DNA of 51,333 bases from Elusimicrobiaceae bacterium (GTDB taxonomy: Bacteria; Elusimicrobiota; Elusimicrobia; Elusimicrobiales; Elusimicrobiaceae), in assembly GCA_017417005.1 (NCBI GenBank), contig JAFQAA010000030.1:1-51333 (forward strand), read 5' to 3'. Numbering within the stretch: the first letter of the stretch is position 1; every line of letters starts with the position of its first letter. The notes beneath the pieces are model-generated. The model did not search any database. It saw only the letters and a list, made by a program, of their open reading frames with translations, and was not told the origin of the DNA. A program made the translations under genes and the position numbers. Positions 29,300 through 39,695 of the stretch are shown here, one piece after another.

Positions 29300-30223
29300 A
29301 TGACAACACAAAAAAAATATTTAGTTACGGGCGGAGCCGGTTTTATCGGCAGTAATATTGCTTGGGAACTTATTCGCCAAGGTCATGCGGTAACCATTGT
29401 TGATGATTTTTCTTCCGGTCATTTTAAAAATTTGCTCGGTTTTAAAGGCGATATTATTACGGCAAATTTAGCCGAAACTTTGCCCCCGGCAGATTATTAT
29501 GATGCTATTTTCCATGAGGCCGCAATTACCGATACCGATATTCACGATCAAAAATTGATGATGCAGGTTAATGTAGAAGCTTTTAGAAATATTTTAAATT
29601 ATGCGGCCGATAATGAAGTTAAACGCGTTATTTATGCTTCTTCAGCGGCAACTTACGGAAATGGCGCTTGTCCTATGAGCGTAAACCAAACGCCCGCACC
29701 GGAAAATATTTACGGATTTTCTAAAGCCATTATGGATAATGTCGCGCGCGAATTTGCTAGCGATAACCAAGATATGAAAATAGTTGGTCTTCGCTATTTC
29801 AATGTCTATGGCCCGGGCGAATATTTTAAAGGCAAAACTTCAAGTATGATTTATCAGTTGTATAATCAAATGAAAAAAGGCCATAATCCAAAAATTTTCA
29901 AAATGGGCGAACAACAAAGAGATTTCGTTTATATCAAAGATATTGTTAAGGCAAATATGTGTGCTTTAACGGCAAAAGATAGTTGCGTTGTTAATGCCGG
30001 CACAGGAATACCTAGAAGTTTTAATGATATCGTTAAATGTTTAAACGAAGAGCTCGGCACAAAATTACCGGCAGAATATATTGATAATCCTTTTAGTTTT
30101 TATCAATTAAAAACCCAGGCCGATATTGCTTTAAGCAAAGAAAAAATAGGCTATACTCCGGATTGGACGCTGGAACTTGGCATAGAAGATTATGTAAAAG
30201 TTCTTGAAGCAAGGAATAAATAA
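29300..30223 (+). CDS. hldD: Extended-SDR NAD-dependent sugar-nucleotide epimerase, ADP-L-glycero-D-manno-heptose 6-epimerase (HldD)-like
   Basis: 307 aa. VTGGAGFIGSNI, AIFHEAA, YASSAATYG, N.YGFSK, VGLRYFNVYGPGE.FKG..SS, PKIF..GEQQRDFVYIKD, NAGTG..RSF and Y...TQAD all line up with my recollection of E. coli HldD. The SDR epimerase call is firm. The heptose specificity is tentative. Confidence 0.65.
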   Translation: MTTQKKYLVTGGAGFIGSNIAWELIRQGHAVTIVDDFSSGHFKNLLGFKGDIITANLAETLPPADYYDAIFHEAAITDTDIHDQKLMMQVNVEAFRNILNYAADNEVKRVIYASSAATYGNGACPMSVNQTPAPENIYGFSKAIMDNVAREFASDNQDMKIVGLRYFNVYGPGEYFKGKTSSMIYQLYNQMKKGHNPKIFKMGEQQRDFVYIKDIVKANMCALTAKDSCVVNAGTGIPRSFNDIVKCLNEELGTKLPAEYIDNPFSFYQLKTQADIALSKEKIGYTPDWTLELGIEDYVKVLEARNK

Positions 30224-32958
<2,735 letters not shown>

Positions 32959-33013
32959 TTTTTGCTTTGGCTTTTTTCCTCTTTTTTATTTTTTAAGATT
33001 TTCTATTATTTCC

Positions 33014-33038
33014 CTCCCTTCTTTTTTAAAGAGGGGAG
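33014..33038 (+). terminator. Hairpin downstream of the atp operon (possible terminator, no clean U-tail)
   Basis: 11-bp stem CTCCCTTCTTT / AAAGAGGGGAG with a TTT loop. The stem contains a G:U only when read on the plus strand. It is preceded, not followed, by T-runs. Confidence 0.35.
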
Positions 33039-33069
33039 TGCTAAAGGGTGGGGTATTGATAAAATTGTC

Positions 33070-33094
33070 ATACTGAGACGCTTTTTCTCAGTAT
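33070..33094 (-). terminator. Hairpin immediately 3' of the SNase-like gene
   Basis: Perfect 9-bp stem ATACTGAGA / TCTCAGTAT (33070-33078 and 33086-33094) starting 1 nt after the TAG stop. The tail GACAAUUUUAUC is only moderately U-rich. Confidence 0.45.
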
Positions 33095-33520
33095 CTATTC
33101 CTTATTGTTTTTACTCTTCCCCTTGTATTGAACGGCCAAACCAGATAGCAAAAGTTCTTCAGCTAAATTTATTTCTTCTTTTTCTTTTATTATGAAAACA
33201 TCACATAACAGGCGGAAATATTTATCTCTCTGGCAGTTTTCTAAAACAATTTTTCCGTTAACTAAATATTTTTCAGTAAAACTTTTTGCCTGTTTTGCTT
33301 TTTGTTTTTGGCAAGTATTTTTTGTTGTTATTTCCGGCGTATCAATACCTTTCACGCGGACTAAAATATTTTTACAAAAAATCTCTTTTTTACAAGGCAA
33401 ATTAACTTTAAAAGTATCCCCGTCGTAAACAGAAATAAGTTTTACTTTTCTAAAATTATCAGTGCTTGCGCAAGCCGCGCAAAAAAAACAAATAATAAAT
33501 AAAAAATAAATTTTACCCAT
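33095..33520 (-). CDS. Staphylococcal-nuclease (SNase/thermonuclease)-like secreted lipoprotein
   Basis: 141 aa. Signal/lipobox-like MGKIYFLFIICFFCAAC. SNase OB-fold motifs VYDGDTFKV and VRVKGIDTPE. Confidence 0.8.
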   Translation of the reverse strand: MGKIYFLFIICFFCAACASTDNFRKVKLISVYDGDTFKVNLPCKKEIFCKNILVRVKGIDTPEITTKNTCQKQKAKQAKSFTEKYLVNGKIVLENCQRDKYFRLLCDVFIIKEKEEINLAEELLLSGLAVQYKGKSKNNKE

Positions 33521-33573
33521 AAAAAACGGCTGCTATATTTGAATAGATAGACAGCATCCAAATATAACAGCCG
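33521..33573 (-). terminator. Strong intrinsic terminator abutting the start codon of the SNase-like gene
   Basis: On the minus strand: CGGCUGUUAUAUUUG - 17-nt loop - CAAAUAUAGCAGCCG (15 bp with one G:U), then UUUUUU (33521-33526), then the ATG (33518-33520). Confidence 0.75.
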
Positions 33574-33700
33574 TGGTTTGCCGTTCTTAAGAACGGCAAA
33601 CGCTCAACACACTTAGGTGGCCGCCCAAGTGTGTTTAAAACGACTGCTTTTGGTGTCTATCTATTGCTTTTGCAATACTCCGTATTTATACGGACCAAAA
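33521..33700 (-). ncRNA. Candidate structured cis-regulatory leader or small RNA of unknown class (5' end not defined)
   Basis: Five consecutive hairpins plus an 11-12-bp long-range complementarity (33542-33552 with 33655-33665) to the terminator loop. See the first finding. No match to any RNA family signature I can recall. Confidence 0.5.
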
Positions 33701-33762
33701 ACATTTCAAATTTTCATAAGTAAAAATACTTATAATTTTAGTATATCAAATTTATTTAAAGC

Positions 33763-33808
33763 AAAAAAATACGCCCTATCTTTCTTTGTTTATAGGGCGC
33801 GTTTTTTT
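33763..33808 (-). terminator. Intrinsic (bidirectional-looking) terminator 3' of the thioesterase gene
   Basis: Stem CGCCCTAT / ATAGGGCG (33772-33779 and 33792-33799), flanked by A7 on one side and T7 on the other. Confidence 0.7.
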
Positions 33809-33822
33809 ATTTTATCAACAAA

Positions 33823-34236
33823 TTATTTTCTTAGTGGTCTTTTAATTCTGCTTGGCTCAAGTTTAACAACATCTCTAAAATACTTAGGCCATTTGCCCAG
33901 GCGGCCTTCCTTGCTAACGCAAGCAAGCGAGGTTGTTCCTTCTGTCAAAAGTTTGCCGTCTTGGTTAAAAATCTGATATTCATAAACAAGTCTAACTGCG
34001 CTCATTTCTATTGGGTAGGCTTGCACATCAATTATGTCGCCATACATAGCGGGCGCGCGGTAAAAAATCTCTTGATGATTAACAACAAAATAGCAATTAT
34101 CTTGCATAAGTTGTTTTACGGTTAAACCCATTTTTTCCAGTTCTTCGGTTCTTGCTTCTTCAAAAAATCTTAAATAATTTGCGTGATAAACAACACCGCC
34201 ACAATCAGTATCGTAGTAATAAATATGTCTTTTCAT
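33823..34236 (-). CDS. 4HBT/YbgC-type acyl-CoA thioesterase
   Basis: The track ORF extends to 34278. The likely start is MKRHIYYYDTDCGGVVYHANYLRFFEEART (ATG complement at 34234-34236), which is the hotdog-fold YbgC signature (D.D..G.V.H..Y). Confidence 0.85.
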   Translation of the reverse strand: MKRHIYYYDTDCGGVVYHANYLRFFEEARTEELEKMGLTVKQLMQDNCYFVVNHQEIFYRAPAMYGDIIDVQAYPIEMSAVRLVYEYQIFNQDGKLLTEGTTSLACVSKEGRLGKWPKYFRDVVKLEPSRIKRPLRK

Positions 34237-34297
34237 AAACGCCCCCGGTAAAAAATACTTATAAAAATATAATATCATTTTATGCTAAAATAATGTT

Positions 34298-35056
34298 ATG
34301 AGTAAAGAAACATCAAACAATTTTTTAAATATTTTATTTCTCTTTTTTCTAGCTTTGGTAATAGCTTATCCTGTTAGTGTTTTTATCAAAAATAGGCGCG
34401 ATTTATCTAAGGCTATTACGCCCCAGCAGCGGCAGGCTTTTATTTCTGACGAGGTTTTTTCCCAAAATGCGCAAAGTAATTTAATAAACCTTGAACCCGG
34501 TGCAAGAATCGGCGAAGGCTATAAAAGCGTTTCTTATGCAAATGATGGCAGCGCAATTATCCGCGTTACCATAAACAATGTTGCAAATCTTACTAAAGAG
34601 GAATTTGCCCTAGTCGGCAGCACCCCTTTTAGTTTGCTTAACAGCGTGCGCGCAAATATTAAAACACCGCAAGTTTTAGATGTCGTTTTTAACGATGATA
34701 TTATTGTTAATGCTTTTTTTGCTAGAGAAACCACCCAAAATTTAATTAATAACCCACAAGTTCTTGTTGATATGGTAAGCCGCAATGATAAGGAAGTTTC
34801 CGATTTTATAAATCATCCCGCTGTGCAAGAAGCTCTAAACTCTAAAGAAGTTTTAAATGTTCTTGCCGGCAGTCAAATGTTTGCCAATCTTTTAGCCAGT
34901 CCCACAGGCAAGTTTTTCTTAACCAACCCTGATGAAGTTAAAAGATTAATTAACCAAAACCAAGATTTAAAAGCTTTATCTGAAAATGAAAATTTGCGCT
35001 ATCTTTTGCTTAATTTTGCACCGACAAAAACCCCTGCTCAAATAGCTTTAAATTAG
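34298..35056 (+). CDS. Hypothetical membrane-anchored protein
   Basis: 252 aa. One N-terminal TM segment (FLNILFLFFLALVIAYPVSVFI) followed by a soluble, Asn/Gln-rich region with no motif I recognise. Length and the lack of a competing ORF support coding. Confidence 0.6.
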   Translation: MSKETSNNFLNILFLFFLALVIAYPVSVFIKNRRDLSKAITPQQRQAFISDEVFSQNAQSNLINLEPGARIGEGYKSVSYANDGSAIIRVTINNVANLTKEEFALVGSTPFSLLNSVRANIKTPQVLDVVFNDDIIVNAFFARETTQNLINNPQVLVDMVSRNDKEVSDFINHPAVQEALNSKEVLNVLAGSQMFANLLASPTGKFFLTNPDEVKRLINQNQDLKALSENENLRYLLLNFAPTKTPAQIALN

Positions 35057-35110
35057 TATAAGGCTTTGCAAAGTTATAAAAATTTGTTATAATAAATATA
35101 TAAAGATTTT

Positions 35111-35184
35111 GCGGGCGTGGTTCAATGGTAGAACGCGACCTTGCCAAGGTTGAGACGAGAGTTCGATTCTCTTCGCCCGCTCCA
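35111..35184 (+). tRNA. tRNA-Gly (anticodon GCC), CCA encoded
   Basis: Acceptor stem GCGGGCG/CGCCCGC. D-arm GTTCAATGGTAGAAC. Anticodon stem-loop CGACC-TTGCCAA-GGTTG. T-arm GAGAGTTCGATTCTCTC. Discriminator T plus CCA. Confidence 0.95.
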
Positions 35185-35187
35185 TTT

Positions 35188-35222
35188 AAAAACCCTTTTC
35201 ATAAAGAAAAGGGTTTTTTGTT
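35188..35222 (+). terminator. Intrinsic terminator after tRNA-Gly
   Basis: Stem AAAAACCCTTTT / AAAAGGGTTTTT with loop CATAAAG, followed by a T-run. Confidence 0.8.
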
Positions 35223-35387
35223 TGTTTTACCTTTTGCATTTATAGTGCGTTATACCTCGCGCATATATACGGGGCTTGTGCCCACTCGGGATATGCTTCA
35301 CTCGGCAAGCATCAGCAAATGCAAAATTTTCGCAAAAATCTTTTGCTCTGTTTGGCGGGTTTTAAACACTTTTTATATAATTTATAT

Positions 35388-37403
35388 ATGGGAATATTTA
35401 AACTGGTTTCGCCTTTTAAAGCCGCAGCCGATCAACCTCGCGCAATAGAGCAAATTTCTAAAAACATTACTTCCGGTATAAAACAGCAAACTTTGCTTGG
35501 CGTTACGGGTTCTGGCAAAACTTTTACAATGGCAGGCGTTATTGAAAAGTTAGATAGGCCTGTTTTAATAATGTCGCCAAACAAAGTTTTAGCGGCGCAA
35601 CTTTACGGCGAATTTAAGCAATTTTTCCCCGAAAATGCGGTTGAGTATTTTATTTCTTATTATGATTATTATCAGCCGGAAGCCTATATTCCCCAAACAG
35701 ATTCTTATATAGAAAAAGACGCCTCAATAAATGAAAATATAGAAAAACTCCGTCTTAAAGCAACCCACTCTTTGCTTACAAGAAAAGATACTATTGTTGT
35801 TGCCTCGGTTTCTTCAATTTACAATATCGGTTCGCCCGAAAGTTTTGAAAAATTAAGAATTTTCCTTCAAAAAGGCGCAAGTTTAAACCGCACGGCACTA
35901 ACAAAACATTTAATTAAAATTTTGTATGAAAGAAGCGAAATGGAGTTTATACCGGGCACTTTCCGTTTGCGCGGCGCTTGTGTAGATATTTTTCCGCCGT
36001 ATAGCCAAACAGCCCTTAGGGTGGAAATTGAAAACAATATAATAAAATCTTTAAGCGAAATTCACGCAATTACAGGCCAGGTTATTCAAGAATTAAAAGA
36101 TGTTTGGCTATCTCCCGCCAAGCAATTTGTTTCCGAAGATGAAAAGTTAGCCCAAGCGCTTGAAAGTATCCGCGCCGAAGCTTTGGAAAGGGAAAAGTTT
36201 TTCCTTTCCCAAAACAAACCTGTTGAAGCTCACCGCATAAAGCAGCGCACTATGTATGACCTTGAACTTTTGGAGCAAACCGGCTTTTGCAGTGGGATAG
36301 AAAACTATTCGCGTCAACTTGAACTTCGCGAACCGGGCAGCCGCCCAAATTGTCTTTTAGATTATTTTAGAAATTACAAAGATTTTGTTGTTTTTGTTGA
36401 TGAATCCCATGTGGCAGTGCCACAAATACGCGGTATGTTTAACGGCGACAGAGCGCGCAAGCAAATGCTGGTTGATTTTGGCTTTCGCCTGCCAAGCGCA
36501 CTTGATAACCGCCCTTTAAAATTTGAAGAATGGGAAAGTCTTGTGCCAAGTGTCGTGTTTGTTTCGGCTACTCCCGGGCCTTATGAGTTAAGTGTAAGCA
36601 AAAACAATATTGTTGAGCAAATTATCCGCCCGACAGGCCTTGTTGACCCGCCTGTTAAAGTTTTAAAAGCAGAAGGCCAAATAGAAGATTTACTTGAAAG
36701 AATAAAAGCAAAAACGGCGGCAAAACAACGCAGTTTAGTGCTTGCTTTAACCAAAAAAACGGCGGAAGATTTATCTTCGTTTTTACTTGAAAAAGGCGTT
36801 AAAGCGCGCTATTTACACAGCAGTATTGAAGCCCTGGATAGAATAGAAATTTTAAGGCAGTTTTCCTCCGGGGAATTTGATGTTCTTGTCGGTATTAATT
36901 TGTTAAGAGAAGGCCTTGATATCCCGCAAGTGGGGCTGGTTGCAATTTTGGAAGCCGATAATGAAGGTTTTTTAAGAAATCAAACTACTCTAATACAAAT
37001 AGCAGGCCGCGCCGCAAGAAATGTGGAGGGGGAAGTTATTTTATACGCTCAGCGCACAACCCCCTCAATGAAGCAAGCCCTTTTAGAAATGGACCGCAGG
37101 CGCACCATCCAACAAGCCTATAACAAAGAACACCATATAACCCCGCGCACTATTGAAAAAGCGCAAGTTAAAATGGAAGAATTTGAAAATATTTCAAAAG
37201 GCAGTGCTTTAAATGCAATACATAGCGTGGAAGAAGCCCTGCCAAGTGCCAAAAACTTGCCTGCTTTTGTTAAAGATTTAGAAAATCAAATGAGAGAGGC
37301 CGCCGATAATCTTAACTTTGAACTTGCCGCCACTTTAAGAGATAAACTTTTTGAACTTAAAGAGATGATGGTAAAAAATAAAAAGAAAGGAAAAAGAAAA
37401 TGA
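35388..37403 (+). CDS. uvrB: Excinuclease ABC subunit B
   Basis: The track ORF starts at 35319, but the conserved N-terminus begins at MGIFKLVSPFKAAADQPRAIEQI (ATG 35388). Walker A GVTGSGKTFT. Helicase motifs DESH and GINLLREGLDIP. C-terminal UVR motif (LNFELAATLRDKLFELK). Confidence 0.97.
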   Translation: MGIFKLVSPFKAAADQPRAIEQISKNITSGIKQQTLLGVTGSGKTFTMAGVIEKLDRPVLIMSPNKVLAAQLYGEFKQFFPENAVEYFISYYDYYQPEAYIPQTDSYIEKDASINENIEKLRLKATHSLLTRKDTIVVASVSSIYNIGSPESFEKLRIFLQKGASLNRTALTKHLIKILYERSEMEFIPGTFRLRGACVDIFPPYSQTALRVEIENNIIKSLSEIHAITGQVIQELKDVWLSPAKQFVSEDEKLAQALESIRAEALEREKFFLSQNKPVEAHRIKQRTMYDLELLEQTGFCSGIENYSRQLELREPGSRPNCLLDYFRNYKDFVVFVDESHVAVPQIRGMFNGDRARKQMLVDFGFRLPSALDNRPLKFEEWESLVPSVVFVSATPGPYELSVSKNNIVEQIIRPTGLVDPPVKVLKAEGQIEDLLERIKAKTAAKQRSLVLALTKKTAEDLSSFLLEKGVKARYLHSSIEALDRIEILRQFSSGEFDVLVGINLLREGLDIPQVGLVAILEADNEGFLRNQTTLIQIAGRAARNVEGEVILYAQRTTPSMKQALLEMDRRRTIQQAYNKEHHITPRTIEKAQVKMEEFENISKGSALNAIHSVEEALPSAKNLPAFVKDLENQMREAADNLNFELAATLRDKLFELKEMMVKNKKKGKRK

Positions 37404-37966
37404 ATTTTAATTTTAACTTATCCCAAATAATAGAACTTGAGGAAGTTTCCTCCACCCAAGATTTAGCAAAAGAACTTGCCAAAAAATCTGCTTTAACGGA
37501 TAATCTTGCAATATGTGCGCAAAGCCAAACGGCCGGGCGCGGTCGTTTTGAACATACCTGGCAAAGCAATAAAGGCGGGCTTTATATAAGTTTGCTTTTA
37601 AAACCGGTTAAAACTAAGGCTTCTCTTTCTTCTTTAAGTATAAAAACCGGCCAAGCAGCGGCCCTTGCCCTAGAGGAAATGTTTTCTTTGAAAACCACCA
37701 TAAAACTGCCTAATGATGTTTTAGTTAAAACCAAAACCGGCAATAAAAAAATTTGCGGTGTTTTAATTGAAACGGCTTTAGCCAGCGATAAACTTGAATG
37801 GCTTATTGTCGGCGTTGGTGTTAATCTTAATAATAAAGTTGATAAAAATTTAAACGCCGCAAGTGTCAAAGAATTAACTAAAAAAGAAGTGGATATCTCT
37901 TGCTTTCGCGAAGTTTTTTTAAAACATTTTGCCAGTAAATATATTGAGTGGCAGTTGTCAAAATAA
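37400..37966 (+). CDS. birA: Biotin--[acetyl-CoA-carboxylase] ligase, short class-I form without the N-terminal HTH
   Basis: 188 aa. QTAGRGRFEHTWQS (GRGRxxRxW) and KICGVLIE. Overlaps uvrB by 4 nt. Confidence 0.85.
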   Translation: MNFNFNLSQIIELEEVSSTQDLAKELAKKSALTDNLAICAQSQTAGRGRFEHTWQSNKGGLYISLLLKPVKTKASLSSLSIKTGQAAALALEEMFSLKTTIKLPNDVLVKTKTGNKKICGVLIETALASDKLEWLIVGVGVNLNNKVDKNLNAASVKELTKKEVDISCFREVFLKHFASKYIEWQLSK

Positions 37967-37995
37967 AAAAACCCTCTTAAAAGAGGGCTTTTTAG
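37965..37995. terminator. Weak bidirectional hairpin between birA (+) and the receiver gene (-)
   Basis: A-run, then CCCTC / GAGGG stem (37972-37976 and 37983-37987), then T-run. The stem is short. Confidence 0.4.
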
Positions 37996-38009
37996 TGCGA
38001 AGTAAATTT

Positions 38010-38375
38010 TTAATCACCCATAATTTGTTTAACTTTATCAAGCAAGTTTTTGGGACTGAAAGGTTTAAAGCAAACCCCTTTTACCATAGGCTTACCAAGG
38101 AACATATGTCCTGCTGCTTCCAAGGCGGAAAGAATAAGGATGGAAGTTGTGTTAATTTCTTCATCTTTTTCCATTTCTTCTACAATGGTCTTCCCATCCA
38201 TACCAGGCAACATTAAATCAAGCAAAACAAGGTGTGGCCTAATTTCTTTAATTGCGGCTAAGGCATCTCTTCCGTTTTCACAAATTGTTACTTCATAACC
38301 GGCTCTTGTTAAAAGCATATTAACAAGCTCCATAATATCTCTGTCATCTTCTACTACTAAAATGCGTTTTTTCAT
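38010..38375 (-). CDS. Stand-alone response-regulator receiver domain (CheY-like), orphan
   Basis: 121 aa. MKKRILVVEDD, phospho-acceptor region LVLLDLMLPGMDG, and ILILSA. No output domain and no adjacent histidine kinase. Confidence 0.9.
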   Translation of the reverse strand: MKKRILVVEDDRDIMELVNMLLTRAGYEVTICENGRDALAAIKEIRPHLVLLDLMLPGMDGKTIVEEMEKDEEINTTSILILSALEAAGHMFLGKPMVKGVCFKPFSPKNLLDKVKQIMGD

Positions 38376-38427
38376 AAGTGTCTTCCCCTTGATAATCTTT
38401 TAATATTCTACTAAAATAAAAAGTAAT

Positions 38428-39156
38428 ATGAAAGACCCAAAATTCCAAGCAACTATATGGCAAACTTTAGTAAAATTTGCTAAAGAAAATAAATTTTTTA
38501 AACCGAAAGATAAAATTCTAGTCGGCCTTTCCGGCGGAGCAGATTCTGTAGCTTTGCTTCATTTTATCTGTCAGCTTGCAAAAAAGCAACAATTTTTTGT
38601 TTATGCTTGTCATGTAGATCATCAGTTAAGGCCAAATTCTAAAGAAGATGCCTCTTTTGCTAAAGAATATGCAAAAAGTTTGGGAGTTGATTGTTTTGTA
38701 AAAAAAGTTAATGTTAAAGCCTTAGCAAAAAAGGAAAAAAAGAGCACAGAACACGCCGCCAGAACTTTGCGCTATAAGGCTTTTGAAGAGGCCGCAAAAA
38801 AATTTAATTGTTCTAAAATTGCTCTTGCCCATCACGCCGATGATAATGCCGAAACTTTCTTTTTAAACCTTTTACGCGGTACAAAGGCCAAAGGTTTGTG
38901 TGGCATACCGGTTATGCGTTCTTTAGGCAAAAGGCAAATTATCCGCCCCTTTTTGTGTATCACGCGCGAACAGATTAAAACTTATCTAAAGCAATATAAT
39001 TTAAAAAATGTAGAAGACCAAACCAACCAAGAAGATATTTACCTTCGCAATTGGTTAAGGTTAAAAATAATTCCCTTAATGCTAGAAAAACAGCCCTTGT
39101 TAAAACAACATATTTTATCTATAACAAAGGAACTTTCTAAGCAAATAAGGAAATAA
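38428..39156 (+). CDS. tilS: tRNA(Ile)-lysidine synthetase, short form (PP-loop domain only)
   Basis: 242 aa. PP-loop VGLSGGADSVAL, then HVDHQLR and LAHHADDNAETFFLNLLRG. Confidence 0.88.
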   Translation: MKDPKFQATIWQTLVKFAKENKFFKPKDKILVGLSGGADSVALLHFICQLAKKQQFFVYACHVDHQLRPNSKEDASFAKEYAKSLGVDCFVKKVNVKALAKKEKKSTEHAARTLRYKAFEEAAKKFNCSKIALAHHADDNAETFFLNLLRGTKAKGLCGIPVMRSLGKRQIIRPFLCITREQIKTYLKQYNLKNVEDQTNQEDIYLRNWLRLKIIPLMLEKQPLLKQHILSITKELSKQIRK

Positions 39157-39694
39157 GCAAACCTACCATAAAAATAAAAAAGCAAAAACTTGCGACAAAA
39201 GGCAGGATAAAGGAAATTATAAAAGCTATCAAACTAGAGACGCTTGAAATTCCGTAAAGGTGTTTTATTGCTTGCAAAACAAAATATATTTGTAAAATAA
39301 TTATGCCTAAAACAGCAAGAGAAGTTAAAGGCATTATTTGCGGCAAGGCTCTAGCTATCATAAAGCAAGGAATTAGCAAAGTCCAAACAATTTGTGAAAG
39401 CCCTAGCAGTATAAAAATACCCACGGCAGAACTTTTGTTTCCGGTTATTTCAAGGAAAATATTGCAAAGTGCCGCTAAAACAAAATTAAGTATTACATTT
39501 GAAATAAACCAAAAGATAAAAGCAAAAAAGAAGCTGATAAAAGAAGCAGAATTTTGATTTCCCAGTTTAATTGCAAAGTATAAACTTATAATACCAAAAG
39601 CATAACCAAAGCAGGCATAAGAAAACTTTTGTTCCCTTATAATTTCTTTTAAACTTTCTTTTGGGGTTTGTATTAAGGCAGATAATGTTTTCAT
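39137..39694 (-). CDS. Polytopic membrane protein (possibly Yip1-like)
   Basis: 185 aa with about five hydrophobic helices. Its stop overlaps the tilS 3' end by 20 nt (convergent). 1-nt spacing to sppA. The family assignment is a guess. Confidence 0.55.
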   Translation of the reverse strand: MKTLSALIQTPKESLKEIIREQKFSYACFGYAFGIISLYFAIKLGNQNSASFISFFFAFIFWFISNVILNFVLAALCNIFLEITGNKSSAVGIFILLGLSQIVWTLLIPCFMIARALPQIMPLTSLAVLGIIILQIYFVLQAIKHLYGISSVSSLIAFIISFILPFVASFCFFIFMVGLLISLFA

Positions 39695-39695
39695 T

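Noticed and set aside
33521-33700. Identification of the structured spacer as T-box, cobalamin, purine, c-di-GMP-I, ZTP, SRP, 6S, tmRNA or RNase P RNA.
   Set aside because: I looked on both strands for the hallmark sequences I remember (GGTGGTACCGCG T-box, B12 box, GGAAGCAGCC of SRP, CCACCA or tag ORF of tmRNA, and others) and found none. The class is left unknown rather than guessed.
32962-33976. Plus-strand ORFs 32962-33195, 33192-33428 and 33617-33976.
   Set aside because: The first is a T-rich, Phe/Leu-dominated reading of terminator DNA. The second is antisense to the SNase-like gene. The third runs through the structured spacer and is antisense to the thioesterase gene.
35125-35448. 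107-aa plus-strand ORF.
   Set aside because: It begins inside tRNA-Gly, reads through the tRNA terminator, and then runs into the uvrB 5' end. This is not credible as a gene.
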